64,000 bases of DNA, taken from contig NZ_DATCTO010000012.1 of NCBI RefSeq assembly GCF_036567905.1, positions 55,347 to 119,346 on the forward strand, written 5' to 3'. Below the pieces are notes generated by a model. That model had not been told where the DNA came from, ran no database searches, and saw nothing but the letters and a program-made list of their open reading frames with translations. Made by a program: the position numbers and the translations under genes. Source of the stretch: Candidatus Binatus sp. (GTDB lineage Bacteria > Desulfobacterota > Binatia > Binatales > Binataceae). Positions 1 through 10,585 of this stretch are shown here, in pieces; positions within the stretch are counted from its first letter, which is position 1, and each line of letters opens with the position of its first letter.

Positions 1-1971
1 GGCAAGCGTGCGATAAGCTTCGTTGGATGTGGTGTCGTCATCGCGGCGTTCATCCTTGCGCTGCGCGCGTTTCTCGTGATGATCGCGATCCCGCCGGAAA
101 ACCGCTTCATGCTCGACGACCTGTGGAAGTGGTTCGATGTCGGCGGACTGAACCTGGACATCGCGTTCTGGCTCGATCCGTTGTCGATGGTGATGACGCT
201 GGTAGTCACTGGCGTGGGCGGCCTGATCCACATCTACTCGATTGGCTACATGCACGACGACGACGGCTACTGGCGTTTTTTCGGATGGCTCAACCTGTTC
301 ACGTTCGCGATGCTGGTGCTGGTGTTGGGCGACAACTTGTGGCTGATGTTCGTGGGCTGGGAGGGCGTGGGGCTGTGCTCGTTCGCGCTGATCGGGTTCT
401 GGTACAAGGTGACGGCGAACACGACGGCGGGCAACAAGGCGTTCATCGTCAACCGGATCGGCGATCTTGCGTTCGTGATCGCGCTGTACAGTTTGTTCGC
501 GGGACTGCAGTCGATCGGGCACGCGACGCTGGTGACGCGCGAGATCGCGAGATACGCGCCGGCGCTTGCCGGGATGCCGATAAATTTTGCCGGCTATCAG
601 TCGGCGTATCCCCTGGTCGGCTTCGTGACGCTGTTGATGTTCATCGGGGCGACGGGAAAGTCGGCGCAGATTCCGCTGTACGTGTGGCTGCCGGACGCGA
701 TGGCGGGACCGACGCCGGTCAGCGCGCTGATCCATGCGGCGACGATGGTGACGGCGGGCGTGTACATGGTGGCGCGGCTGAACTTTTTGTTTTCGATGTC
801 GCCGTTCACGATGGGCGTGATCGCGGTGGTGGGCGGACTGACGGCGCTGTTGGCGGCGACGATTGGCGTGGCGCAAAACGACATCAAAAAAGTGCTCGCG
901 TACTCGACGGTGAGCCAGCTCGGATACATGTTCGCGGCGCTGGGCGTCGGCGCATACGCGGCGGGCGTGTTCCATCTAATGACGCATGCGTTCTTCAAGG
1001 CGTGCCTGTTCCTGGGAGCGGGGTCGGTGATCCACGCGATGGGTGGAGAGCAGGACATGCGCAAGATGGGTGCGCTGCGGCACAAGATGCCGATCACGTT
1101 CGTGACGTTCATGGCGGCGACGCTGGCGATATCGGGGGTGCCGCCGTTCGCGGGATTCATGTCGAAGGACGAGATCATCTGGCAGGCAATATCGCATGGG
1201 CACCCGGTGGTGTGGGCGATGCTGCTGATTGGCGCGGGAATCACGGTGTTCTACATGTTTCGCCAGGTGTACATGACCTTCTTCGGCGAATTTCGCGGCA
1301 CCCACGAGCAGGAGCATCATGTGCACGAATCGCCGGCGTCGATGGCGTACGTGCTGATCGTGCTGGGCGCGCTGTCGGTAGTCGGCGGACTCGTGAAGAT
1401 TCCGGCTTTCATCGCGAGTTTCAAGCCATTCGAGGACTTTCTCGATCCCGTATTCAGCTCCGAGGCGACGCGCCGGATAACCGAAGCGGGAATACATAGT
1501 CGTGCGACGGAAGGTGCGTTCGGACTTATCACATTCACGATAGTAGTAATCGGATGGCTAATTGCGGATCTTATGTATCGGCAGCAAAAGCTGGAGCCCG
1601 CGCGCTTTAGTCAGATGTTCGGCGGAGTGCCATACGAATGGGTATACAACAAATACTATGTCGATGAATTCTACAATCGAGTGATTATAGAGCCATATAT
1701 GTTCGCGACGCGGGTGCTGGCATGGTTCGACTCCAACATCATCGACGGCGTCGTGAACCTGGCGGCACGCATCATAGTATTTCTTTCGTGGCTGTCGGGA
1801 CTATTCGACCATTACGTAGTCGATGGGCTGGTGAATTTCGCCTCGAACCTGACGCTCGACGTGGGCGGCAGGCTGCGACGGCTGCAGACCGGCTCGATCA
1901 ATGGATACTTATACGGAATTCTGGCCGCGGTGATGCTGATATTGCTGGTGCGCGCGGTGGCAAGGACATGA
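1..1971 (+). CDS. nuoL: NADH-quinone oxidoreductase subunit L (5' end outside window)
   Basis: Frame is open from base 1. Motifs FVGWEGVG, GKSAQIPLYVWLPDAMAGPTPVSALIHAATMV, AYSTVSQLGYM, HAFFKACLFL. Confidence 0.97.
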   Translation, partial: GKRAISFVGCGVVIAAFILALRAFLVMIAIPPENRFMLDDLWKWFDVGGLNLDIAFWLDPLSMVMTLVVTGVGGLIHIYSIGYMHDDDGYWRFFGWLNLFTFAMLVLVLGDNLWLMFVGWEGVGLCSFALIGFWYKVTANTTAGNKAFIVNRIGDLAFVIALYSLFAGLQSIGHATLVTREIARYAPALAGMPINFAGYQSAYPLVGFVTLLMFIGATGKSAQIPLYVWLPDAMAGPTPVSALIHAATMVTAGVYMVARLNFLFSMSPFTMGVIAVVGGLTALLAATIGVAQNDIKKVLAYSTVSQLGYMFAALGVGAYAAGVFHLMTHAFFKACLFLGAGSVIHAMGGEQDMRKMGALRHKMPITFVTFMAATLAISGVPPFAGFMSKDEIIWQAISHGHPVVWAMLLIGAGITVFYMFRQVYMTFFGEFRGTHEQEHHVHESPASMAYVLIVLGALSVVGGLVKIPAFIASFKPFEDFLDPVFSSEATRRITEAGIHSRATEGAFGLITFTIVVIGWLIADLMYRQQKLEPARFSQMFGGVPYEWVYNKYYVDEFYNRVIIEPYMFATRVLAWFDSNIIDGVVNLAARIIVFLSWLSGLFDHYVVDGLVNFASNLTLDVGGRLRRLQTGSINGYLYGILAAVMLILLVRAVART

Positions 1972-2022
1972 CAAATACCGCGGCGGCGCCGCTGCAAGTC
2001 AAACGGGAAGAGCGAAACTGAA

Positions 2023-3522
2023 ATGAGTCACGCGCTTACGCTGATAACCTTTGTTCCGATCGTCGGAATGGTGTTGATTCTCGCGCTGCCCGGCGCGATG
2101 AAGAACGCATTCAAGTGGATCGCGGCGGCGGCGACGGTGCCGCAACTGTTGATCGCGATTTACCTGTACGAGCACTTCGACACGACGACCAGCGCGGTTC
2201 AGTTCGCCGAGAAGGCGTCGTGGATGCCCTCGTACCACATTACTTACTTCGTGGGCGTGGACGGAATCAGCATCTCGATGGTGCTGCTGACGGCGCTCAT
2301 CATGTTCATCTCGACGTTCGCGAGCTTCGGAATAAATCGCGCGGAGAAGGGCTACTACGCGATGCTGCTGATGCTCGACACGGGAATGATGGGCGTGTTC
2401 GTGTCGCTCGATTTCTTCCTGTTTTATATTTTTTGGGAAGTGATGCTGCTGCCGATGTATTTTCTCATCGGCATCTGGGGCGGTCCGCGACGCGAGTACG
2501 CGGCGATCAAATTCTTTCTCTACACTCTGCTGGGTTCGGTGCTGATTCTGCTGGCGATGCTCGGACTTTATTACTACAGCGCGACTCCGACCTTTGACTT
2601 GACTCAGCTGGCGGCGAATTCGAGTCATTACTCAATCGGGTTCCAGCGAATAGTATGGATCGCGCTGTTCATCGGTTTCGCAATCAAGATTCCGGCGTTC
2701 CCGTTCCATACCTGGCTGCCCGACGCGCACGTGGAAGCGCCCACGGCGATTTCGGTGATTCTTGCGGGTGTGCTACTGAAAATGGGCACCTACGGCATTC
2801 TGCGCGTCAATTTCGCGGTGCTGCCTGCCGCCAGCTACCAGCTCGCGTGGCTGTTCCTTGGCGTGATCGGCACTATCAACATCGTCTACGGCGCGATGTG
2901 CGCGATGGCGCAGACTGACTATAAGAAACTGATTGCCTATTCGTCGATTAGCCACATGGGCTACGTGATGCTGGGGATGGCGGCGTTCACCGCGGCGGGA
3001 ATCAACGGCGCGGTGCTGCAGATGTTCAATCACGGAACGATCACGGCGATGCTTTTTATCCTGGTCGGCGTGATCTACGATCGCGCGCATCATCGCGAGA
3101 TAAACGGCTTCGGCGGTCTGGCGCAGCAGATGCCGATATATACGGCGATTACGGGCTTCGCGTTTTTCGCCGGGATGGGACTGCCGGGGATGTCGGCATT
3201 TATTTCGGAAGTGCTGGTGCTGCTCGGCGCGTGGCAGACGCATCCGTTTATGGTGGTATTCGGCGCGGCGACGGCGGTACTGACCGCGGGCTATCTGCTG
3301 TGGACCTTCCAGCGGATCTACCTCGGGCCGTTGAACGAAAAATACAAGGACTTTCCCGATTTGTCGTTTCGCGAGGCGTTCACGCTGGTGCCGCTCGGGA
3401 TCATCGTGCTGATACTCGGCGTCTATCCGCAGGCGATTCTCGGCCTGCTCAACACCTCGCTGGTTCATCTGAACCAGGTTGTGCTGTCGACTTCGGGCGC
3501 CGCCGTCGCGATGGTTCGCTGA
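2023..3522 (+). CDS. nuoM: NADH-quinone oxidoreductase subunit M
   Basis: Motifs FWEVMLLPMY, PFHTWLPDAHVEAPT, KLIAYSSISHMG; follows nuoL. Confidence 0.97.
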   Translation: MSHALTLITFVPIVGMVLILALPGAMKNAFKWIAAAATVPQLLIAIYLYEHFDTTTSAVQFAEKASWMPSYHITYFVGVDGISISMVLLTALIMFISTFASFGINRAEKGYYAMLLMLDTGMMGVFVSLDFFLFYIFWEVMLLPMYFLIGIWGGPRREYAAIKFFLYTLLGSVLILLAMLGLYYYSATPTFDLTQLAANSSHYSIGFQRIVWIALFIGFAIKIPAFPFHTWLPDAHVEAPTAISVILAGVLLKMGTYGILRVNFAVLPAASYQLAWLFLGVIGTINIVYGAMCAMAQTDYKKLIAYSSISHMGYVMLGMAAFTAAGINGAVLQMFNHGTITAMLFILVGVIYDRAHHREINGFGGLAQQMPIYTAITGFAFFAGMGLPGMSAFISEVLVLLGAWQTHPFMVVFGAATAVLTAGYLLWTFQRIYLGPLNEKYKDFPDLSFREAFTLVPLGIIVLILGVYPQAILGLLNTSLVHLNQVVLSTSGAAVAMVR

Positions 3523-3549
3523 GACTCAGGGCAGATCGGACGCAAGCAG

Positions 3550-5037
3550 ATGGATCTCGGAAATCTCGCGAGCCTGAAACATTTCATCCCGGAAATGATC
3601 CTGGTCGCCGGCGTGCTGGCGATCGTGATCATCGACCTGGCGGTACGCAACAAGTCGCGTCTCGGCGTACTGGCTCTGATAGCGGCTGCGGCGTCATTGC
3701 TGGCGATCGGGCTGGAGCCGGCGCTGTCGGGCGCGTGGCTGTTTCATCGGATGTTGGTATTCGATTCGTTTGCGATTTACTTCCGCACGCTGATCGCGCT
3801 GGCCGCGGTGGTGGCCATCTGGATGTCGATTGGCTCGGAGGAAGTGAAGAGCTGCGACCAGGGCGAGTATTACGCGATCTTGCTGGCGAGCACGTTTGCG
3901 ATGTTTCTGATGGCGGAGTCGGCGAACCTGCTGATGGCGTACCTGGCGCTGGAGTTCGTCAGCCTGACGTCGTACATCCTGACGGGTTTTTTGCGGCATA
4001 ACCGGCGCTCGCTGGAAGCCGCGCTTAAGTACTTGATCTACGGGGGCGTCGCGTCGGGGACGATGATTTACGGCATGAGCTGGATTTTCGGCATCACCGG
4101 CTCGCTCGACTTCAACGTGATCAACAAAGCGCTCTCGACGCCCGCGCATCTGCCGGTGCTCGCGGTATTTATCGCGCTGGTGTTGATCCTGACCGGGATG
4201 GGCTACAAGGTGGCGTCGGTGCCGTTTCATATGTGGGCGCCGGACGTTTATACGGGCGCGCCGATTCCGATCACAACTTTTCTGGCGGTCGGCTCGAAGG
4301 CGGCGGGCTTTGCACTGCTGACGCGCTTTTTCTTCCCGGCGATTTCGCATCTGGCGGCGGGCGGAAGCTGGACGGCGCTGGCGGGCGTCGATTGGCCGCA
4401 ACTGCTGCTCTTCGTTTGCATCATCACGATGACGCTGGGCAACCTGGCCGCGCTTCAGCAGACCAACATGAAGCGGCTGCTGGCGTACTCGAGTATCGCG
4501 CAGGCGGGATACGCACTGATGGGATTCGTCGTGCTGTCGAACGACGGAATTCGGGCGATGCTGTTCTACCTGTTTGCCTACTACGTAATGGATGCGGGCG
4601 CATTCGTGGTGGTGATGATGGTGGCAAACTCGACGGGGCGCGAGGACGTGGACGCGTACCGCGGGCTGGCCTGGCGCGGCGGAATCGTTCCGGCGCTCGC
4701 ACTGACTATCTTCCTTTTCTCACTGACCGGGATCCCGCTGACGATTGGATTCATCGGGAAGTTCTACCTATTCGCCGCAGTGATACGCGGCCAATTCTAT
4801 ATACTGGCTATTGTTGGAATACTCAATTCAGTAGTGTCTCTGTATTACTATCTGAAGCCGGTTCAGATGATGTTCTTCGAACAGCCGCGCGGCGACGAAG
4901 GCTCGCTGCGCTTCCAGGCGTGGAATTACGGGCTGATGGGAGTGCTGGCCTGCGCGACAATCGCGTTTGGGCTGTACTGGTCGCCGATCATCTCCTTTGC
5001 GAACCGCTCGCTGAGTTTCTTCACCGGCCCCACCTGA
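3550..5037 (+). CDS. nuoN: NADH-quinone oxidoreductase subunit N
   Basis: Motifs EAALKYLIYG, GYKVASVPFHMWAPDVYTGAP, KRLLAYSSIAQAGY; last gene of nuoLMN. Confidence 0.96.
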   Translation: MDLGNLASLKHFIPEMILVAGVLAIVIIDLAVRNKSRLGVLALIAAAASLLAIGLEPALSGAWLFHRMLVFDSFAIYFRTLIALAAVVAIWMSIGSEEVKSCDQGEYYAILLASTFAMFLMAESANLLMAYLALEFVSLTSYILTGFLRHNRRSLEAALKYLIYGGVASGTMIYGMSWIFGITGSLDFNVINKALSTPAHLPVLAVFIALVLILTGMGYKVASVPFHMWAPDVYTGAPIPITTFLAVGSKAAGFALLTRFFFPAISHLAAGGSWTALAGVDWPQLLLFVCIITMTLGNLAALQQTNMKRLLAYSSIAQAGYALMGFVVLSNDGIRAMLFYLFAYYVMDAGAFVVVMMVANSTGREDVDAYRGLAWRGGIVPALALTIFLFSLTGIPLTIGFIGKFYLFAAVIRGQFYILAIVGILNSVVSLYYYLKPVQMMFFEQPRGDEGSLRFQAWNYGLMGVLACATIAFGLYWSPIISFANRSLSFFTGPT

Positions 5038-5058
5038 GCAGGGGCCGGGAATTACCCG

Positions 5059-5922
5059 TTATTCGAAAACGATCGTGCGGTTGTGGTGGAGCAGCACCTG
5101 CTTTTTGAGGTGGGCGCGCACGGCCTTCGCCAACACCATCACTTCGAGATCCTTGCCCTTGCGCGCCAGGTCGGCGACGGTGTCGCGATGCGTCATCGGC
5201 GCGGTGGCCTGGGCGATTATCGGGCCGGCGTCGAGCTGTTCGGTCACGTAGTGCGCGGTCGCGCCGATTAGCTTGACGCCGCGGTCGTGCGCCTGCTTGT
5301 GCGGCCGCTGGCCGGCGAACGCGGGCAGGAGGCTGTGGTGGATGTTGACGATCGGCTTGTTCCAGGCGCGAAGAAATTCGTCCGACAGCACTTGCATGTA
5401 GCGCGCGAGCACGACGGTGTCCGCGCGCAGCCCGGTGAGATGATTCAAGAGCGCGGCTTCAGACTCCGATTTGCGGTCTTTCGCGACCGGAATCACCGTG
5501 AACGGCGCCTCGAACGGGCGCGCGAGCGGTTCCAGGTCGGTATGATTGCTGACCACGCCGACCACGTCGCCGTCGAGCTCGCCGAAACGATGCCGGCTCA
5601 ACAGATCCATCATGCAGTGCGGCAGGCGCGAAACCATGATGACAATCCGGTCCCGCTTGGCGGCGTCGAAGAGCTGCCACTTGAGGTGCTTCCACGGCAG
5701 CAGCGACGGCATCGACGCATCGAGTTCTTTGGACAGCTCGCTGATGGGGAGCCGCAGGCTTTCGAAGTGGATGCGCCAGAAGAAGTGGCTATCCTCGTCG
5801 TCGGAGTACTGGTCGGAAGTGATAATATTGCATCCGAGAGTGAACAGGTGGCCGGCGACGCGGGCTATGATACCGGGGCGGTCGATGCATGAGATGAGGA
5901 GAGTAGCTTTGCCTTCGGCCAC
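5059..5922 (-). CDS. purU: Formyltetrahydrofolate deformylase
   Basis: N-terminal ACT domain (CIDRPGIIA), VLARYMQVLS, NIHHSLLPAF, GVKLIGATAHYVT. Confidence 0.95.
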   Translation of the reverse strand: MAEGKATLLISCIDRPGIIARVAGHLFTLGCNIITSDQYSDDEDSHFFWRIHFESLRLPISELSKELDASMPSLLPWKHLKWQLFDAAKRDRIVIMVSRLPHCMMDLLSRHRFGELDGDVVGVVSNHTDLEPLARPFEAPFTVIPVAKDRKSESEAALLNHLTGLRADTVVLARYMQVLSDEFLRAWNKPIVNIHHSLLPAFAGQRPHKQAHDRGVKLIGATAHYVTEQLDAGPIIAQATAPMTHRDTVADLARKGKDLEVMVLAKAVRAHLKKQVLLHHNRTIVFE

Positions 5923-5961
5923 GCTGATTACTCCGGGGGCGAATAGTAATTTTGAATTCTA

Positions 5962-6861
5962 ATGTCTGGGCGCGCAAATAAACAAACCGGCGCTGGCGGA
6001 ATTTTGTACGTAGTCGCGACGCCGATCGGCAATCCGGGCGACATTTCCGCCCGCGCAATTCGCACCCTCGAGCAGGTCAGTCTGATCGCATGCGAGGACA
6101 CGCGGCGAACCGGGCAGATGCTCGCGCGTCATCAGATTCACACGCCCACCGTCAGCCACTTCGAGCACAACGAGGAGCGGCGCGTGCCGGAGCTGATCGC
6201 GAGGCTGAAGGCGGGAGAAAAAATCGCGCTGGTTACCGACGCGGGCACGCCTGCCATTTCCGATCCGGGCTTTCGACTGGTGCGGGCGGCGTGGGAGGCA
6301 AACCTGCGCGTGATGGCGGTGCCGGGAGCGTCGGCGGCAATCGCGGCACTGTCGATTGCCGGAATCCCCACCGACAGGTTCACGTTCGAGGGATTTATCC
6401 CGCCGCGCGACGCGGCGCGGCGCAGCCGGCTGGAAGAACTCCGCCGCGAGCCGCGCACGATGGTCTTCTACGAGGCGGCGCGCCGGCTGGCCGATACGCT
6501 GGCCGAGATGGCGGCCGCATTCGGACAGTCGCGCGATGCGGCGGTGGTGAGCGAGATCACCAAGACTTACGAGGCGACGCTGCGTGGGACGCTGGCTGAG
6601 CTGGAACGCCGCTTTCGCGCGACGCCCGCGCTCGGAGAGATCACGATCATCGTCGCAGGCGCGCCGGATGCGCCGAGCATCGGCGGCGCAGACGCGGGGT
6701 TGGTCACCGTTGACGTGGGCGATGCGCTCGAAGTTCTCCGTGAGGCGGGACTTGGGCTCAAGCAGGCGAGCGCTGTGGTCGCGCGGCTGACGGGTAGAGG
6801 CCGTCGCGAAGTGTACCAGAATGCGCTCAAATCGCGCTCTGATGACGCCAGTGATGACTGA
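5962..6861 (+). CDS. rsmI: 16S rRNA (cytidine1402-2'-O)-methyltransferase
   Basis: [36 protein letters not shown]. Confidence 0.95.
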   Translation: MSGRANKQTGAGGILYVVATPIGNPGDISARAIRTLEQVSLIACEDTRRTGQMLARHQIHTPTVSHFEHNEERRVPELIARLKAGEKIALVTDAGTPAISDPGFRLVRAAWEANLRVMAVPGASAAIAALSIAGIPTDRFTFEGFIPPRDAARRSRLEELRREPRTMVFYEAARRLADTLAEMAAAFGQSRDAAVVSEITKTYEATLRGTLAELERRFRATPALGEITIIVAGAPDAPSIGGADAGLVTVDVGDALEVLREAGLGLKQASAVVARLTGRGRREVYQNALKSRSDDASDD

Positions 6862-6938
6862 CCGGTGGACAGCACCCGGCCCCCGCGCTTGCAGTCGCAT
6901 CGAGGGTGCGGTTCAATGAACCGAGGAGTGGAGCGGGG

Positions 6939-7457
6939 ATGGCGATGAGGGCTAAAGCCCGGAATATGGCTGGCCAGGCCGCATCAGGCGGCGCGAGCGG
7001 TCCAATTGCGGTGCTGGTGATCCATGGACCCAATCTCAATCTGCTCGGCGAACGCGAGCCGGAAATTTACGGCCGAACCCGCCTCGCTGATATCGACAAG
7101 GAACTCAAGCAACTGGGACGCGAACTCGAGATGAAGGTTGAGACGTTTCAGTCGAACAGCGAAGGCGCGATCGTCGATCGAATTCAGCAGGCGCGCGGCA
7201 GGTGCGACGTGCTAATCCTCAATCCCGGCGCATACACGCACACCAGCGTTGCCATTCGCGACGCGATACAGGCCGTGAGTATTCCGGTAATCGAAGTGCA
7301 TCTGTCCAACGTGTATCGGCGCGAGGCGTTTCGGCATCATTCGACCATTGCGGACATCGCGCACGGTCGAATCATGGGATTTGGCGCCGAGAGCTATAGC
7401 CTGGCTCTCAGAGCCGCGCGCACGATGGCCGAGGAGTCGCGCCGACGGAGCGGATGA
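6939..7457 (+). CDS. aroQ: Type II 3-dehydroquinate dehydratase (start could be 6939, 6945 or 6966)
   Basis: [33 protein letters not shown]; canonical aroQ-accB-accC order. Confidence 0.95.
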   Translation: MAMRAKARNMAGQAASGGASGPIAVLVIHGPNLNLLGEREPEIYGRTRLADIDKELKQLGRELEMKVETFQSNSEGAIVDRIQQARGRCDVLILNPGAYTHTSVAIRDAIQAVSIPVIEVHLSNVYRREAFRHHSTIADIAHGRIMGFGAESYSLALRAARTMAEESRRRSG

Positions 7458-7522
7458 GCGCGATGCCGGGCAACGATCAAGCGCGCAGGCGAGTCGCCGT
7501 TGCGGGAAGACACGGAGAGCAG

Positions 7523-8020
7523 ATGGAAGTACGCGAGCTAAAAACCCTGCTGGTCCTGATGCGGGACTACGGGCTGGTTGAACTCGAGATCGAAGACAAG
7601 AAGGGCAAGGTGCGGCTGGTCCGCGCCGGCGCGCGCGCGCCGGTGGACGCGGCCGAGGCGGGTTCGCAGCCGCATCTGGCGGTGCGCGTGGCCGCGCCGC
7701 TCAAGATGGCGATGAGGCACGTTGAGGCGACCGAAGAGGAAGGCTCGAAGGCGGCGGGCAGAATCGAGCTGGCGCCGAATCAGAAGCTGATCGAAAGCCC
7801 GATGGTGGGTACGTTTTACCGGGCCGGCTCGCCGGACGCGGCGCCGTTCGTCGAGGAAGGATCGTCGGTGCGCAAGGGCCAGCCGTTGTGCATAATCGAG
7901 GCGATGAAGATGATGAACGAGATCGAATCGCCGGCCGCAGGGCGGGTGATAAGAATCATCGCCGAGAATGGAAATCCTATCGAGTACGGTCAACCGCTGA
8001 TGATCATCGAAGTGACTTGA
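7523..8020 (+). CDS. accB: Acetyl-CoA carboxylase biotin carboxyl carrier protein
   Basis: [10 protein letters not shown] and biotinylation motif [10 protein letters not shown]; GGAG Shine-Dalgarno before the ATG at 7523. Confidence 0.94.
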   Translation: MEVRELKTLLVLMRDYGLVELEIEDKKGKVRLVRAGARAPVDAAEAGSQPHLAVRVAAPLKMAMRHVEATEEEGSKAAGRIELAPNQKLIESPMVGTFYRAGSPDAAPFVEEGSSVRKGQPLCIIEAMKMMNEIESPAAGRVIRIIAENGNPIEYGQPLMIIEVT

Positions 8021-8039
8021 GAAGCCGGAGCGCTCATCG

Positions 8040-9425
8040 ATGTTCAAAAAAATGCTGATCGCAAATCGCGGGACAATCGCAATCCGGATAATCCGCGCCT
8101 GCCGCGAGCTGGGGATTTCGACGGTGGCGGTTTACTCGACCGCGGACAAGAACGCGCTGCACGTGCGGATGGCGGACGAGTCGGTATGCATCGGGCCGCC
8201 GGCGGCTGAAGACAGCTATATGAACATCCCGGCGATCCTGAGCGCGGCCACGACCTTCGGCGCCGACGCGGTGCATCCAGGCTACGGCTTTCTCTCTGAG
8301 AACGGCGACTTCGCCGAGGCATGCCAGCGCTCGGGACTCAACTTCGTGGGTCCGCGGGCGCGTCATATCAGGTTGATGGGCGACAAGCCGCGCGCGCGGC
8401 GAATCATGAAGCGCGCGGGCGTGCCTGTCCTGCCGGGCAGCGAGGGCACCGGCGTTACCGAGCTGCGCGAGGCGCAAGCGGACGCGAAGCGGCTGGGCTA
8501 CCCGGTGCTGATCAAGGCGGCAGCGGGCGGCGGCGGCAAGGGGATGCGAGTCGTTCGCGACGCGGCGGAGCTGACGCGGCTGTTTCCGCAAGCGCAGGGG
8601 GAATCCGAGTTGTCGTTCAACTCGCGCAAGATGTACCTGGAGAAATACCTCAAGCACGCGCGTCACGTCGAGTTTCAGATTCTTGCCGACTTGCACCGCA
8701 ACGCGATTCATCTCGGCGAGCGCGACTGCTCGATTCAGCGCCGTCATCAGAAGCTGATCGAGGAATCGCCGTGCCCGATTCTGACCGCGCGGCTGCGCGA
8801 AAAGATGGGCAAGGCGGCGGTGCGCGCGGCCGAGGTGGTCGGCTATTCGAACGTCGGCACGGTGGAATTTCTGCTGGCGGACAGCGGCGTGTTTTATTTC
8901 ATCGAGATGAACACCCGGATCCAGGTCGAGCACGGCGTGACCGAGATGGTCACCGGCGTTGACCTGGTGAAGGAGAGCATCCGGATGGCGATGGGCGAGC
9001 GGCTTGGGCTCAAGCAGCGGCAGGTGAAGTTCGATGGCGCGTCGATGGAGTTTCGCATCTACGCCGAGGATCCGGAGCGTCATATCCCGTCGCCGGGCGT
9101 CGTCACTAATCACCATACGCCGGGCGGACTGGGCGTGCGCGTCGAGACCGCCCTGTACGACGGCTATCGCGTGCCGGTGCAGTACGATCCGCTGATCGCA
9201 AAGCTGATAGTGCATGCCGAGGCGCGCGCCGAAGTGATCGCGCGGGCCAAGGCGGCGCTGCGCGAGTATGTCATCGACGGCATCAAGACCAACATCCCGC
9301 TGCATCTGAAGATCCTGCACGATCCGGATTTTAATCGCGGCGAATTCTCCACCGATTTTCTAAGCCGCTACGAACCGGCCCAGCCCGAAGCTGCGCACCA
9401 CGCGCCGGTAAGCAAGGCCTCTTGA
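8040..9425 (+). CDS. accC: Biotin carboxylase
   Basis: KMLIANRG, HPGYGFLSEN, KAAAGGGGKGM, ERDCSIQRRHQKLIEE, EMNTRIQVEH. Confidence 0.97.
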   Translation: MFKKMLIANRGTIAIRIIRACRELGISTVAVYSTADKNALHVRMADESVCIGPPAAEDSYMNIPAILSAATTFGADAVHPGYGFLSENGDFAEACQRSGLNFVGPRARHIRLMGDKPRARRIMKRAGVPVLPGSEGTGVTELREAQADAKRLGYPVLIKAAAGGGGKGMRVVRDAAELTRLFPQAQGESELSFNSRKMYLEKYLKHARHVEFQILADLHRNAIHLGERDCSIQRRHQKLIEESPCPILTARLREKMGKAAVRAAEVVGYSNVGTVEFLLADSGVFYFIEMNTRIQVEHGVTEMVTGVDLVKESIRMAMGERLGLKQRQVKFDGASMEFRIYAEDPERHIPSPGVVTNHHTPGGLGVRVETALYDGYRVPVQYDPLIAKLIVHAEARAEVIARAKAALREYVIDGIKTNIPLHLKILHDPDFNRGEFSTDFLSRYEPAQPEAAHHAPVSKAS

Positions 9426-9484
9426 CCGCAACGCTCCGCGCCATGCTTGATAGAGTCCAATGCAGGGGCGCCGCGCCTCGGCCC

Positions 9485-10549
9485 ATGAGTAAAATGACGA
9501 ACTTGAAAAAAATCTTGCCCGCGTTCCTTGCACTGATAATCGCCTTGATTGCCAGCCTCCCGGCGGCCGCGCAGGAGGGCATGAATCCGATGATTCCCGG
9601 CGGCAACAGCGCGCCCCCGGGCCGCGCGCCGAAGGCGGTCGCCGCCAATCCGCTGTACGATTTCGGCACCGCGCTCGAAGGCACGATGGTCAGTCATACC
9701 TTCACCATCAAGAACATCGGCCAGGGCTATCTGGATATTCGCGGCGTGAAGACCTCATGCGGATGCACCACGGGCAATCCCTCGAAGGTGCATGTCGCGC
9801 CGGGCGACCAGAGCGAAATCGCCGTCGGGTTCGACACGCACTTTCAGAAGGGCCACCAGGTGCGCACCATCACCGCGTTCACCAACGATCCCGACAATCC
9901 GCAGGTCGCGATGACGATGCAGGGGATCGTCAAGCAGCAGGTCGAGGCGCAACCGGGTGAAATCTCATTTGGCAACGTGAAGAAGGGGACCGAAGACACC
10001 AGGGAGGTGGTGGTCAACGATCTCAATCCGGGGCGCGGGCCGTTCCAGGTCGGTCCGGTGAGCAACTCGAATTCTTCGATCAGGGTGGTGCAGCAAAAGC
10101 GTCCCGACGGCAAGCCGGGCGCGCTGCTCAAAGTCTCGCTGCTCAAGACGATGCCGGTGGGACAGTTCGACGACTCGATCAAGATCACGACCAATCGCGT
10201 GCCGTTGCAGGTTGACGTGTTCGGCACCGTGACCGGAGATTTGAATGTCGATCCCGCGCAGGTTTCGTTCGGTCTCGTTCCGCGCGGCCAGGACGTCGTG
10301 AGAATCTTCAAGCTGAGCAATCAGGGTCCCCATCCGGTAAAGGTACTCGAGGTGGCCAGCACCAGCCCTGCCGTCGCCGCAACCGCGGAGCCGGTCACGC
10401 CGGGCAAGGAATACAAGGTGACGGTTACGCTCAAGCATGGCACACCCGACGGCCAGTTGCGGGGGAATTTGACGATCAAGACCGACGACCCGGAGCAGGC
10501 GACGCTGAAGGTGCCGTTCTACGCAATCGTGGGCCAGTTCAAGACCTGA
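9485..10549 (+). CDS. Secreted DUF1573 (tandem Ig-like domain) protein
   Basis: Signal-peptide-like N-terminus, TSCGCT motif, three repeated DFG/SFG-starting beta-sandwich units. Confidence 0.75.
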   Translation: MSKMTNLKKILPAFLALIIALIASLPAAAQEGMNPMIPGGNSAPPGRAPKAVAANPLYDFGTALEGTMVSHTFTIKNIGQGYLDIRGVKTSCGCTTGNPSKVHVAPGDQSEIAVGFDTHFQKGHQVRTITAFTNDPDNPQVAMTMQGIVKQQVEAQPGEISFGNVKKGTEDTREVVVNDLNPGRGPFQVGPVSNSNSSIRVVQQKRPDGKPGALLKVSLLKTMPVGQFDDSIKITTNRVPLQVDVFGTVTGDLNVDPAQVSFGLVPRGQDVVRIFKLSNQGPHPVKVLEVASTSPAVAATAEPVTPGKEYKVTVTLKHGTPDGQLRGNLTIKTDDPEQATLKVPFYAIVGQFKT

Positions 10550-10585
10550 TCGAGGTTCGGCGCGAGCGGGGGGAACTGAGCTGAA

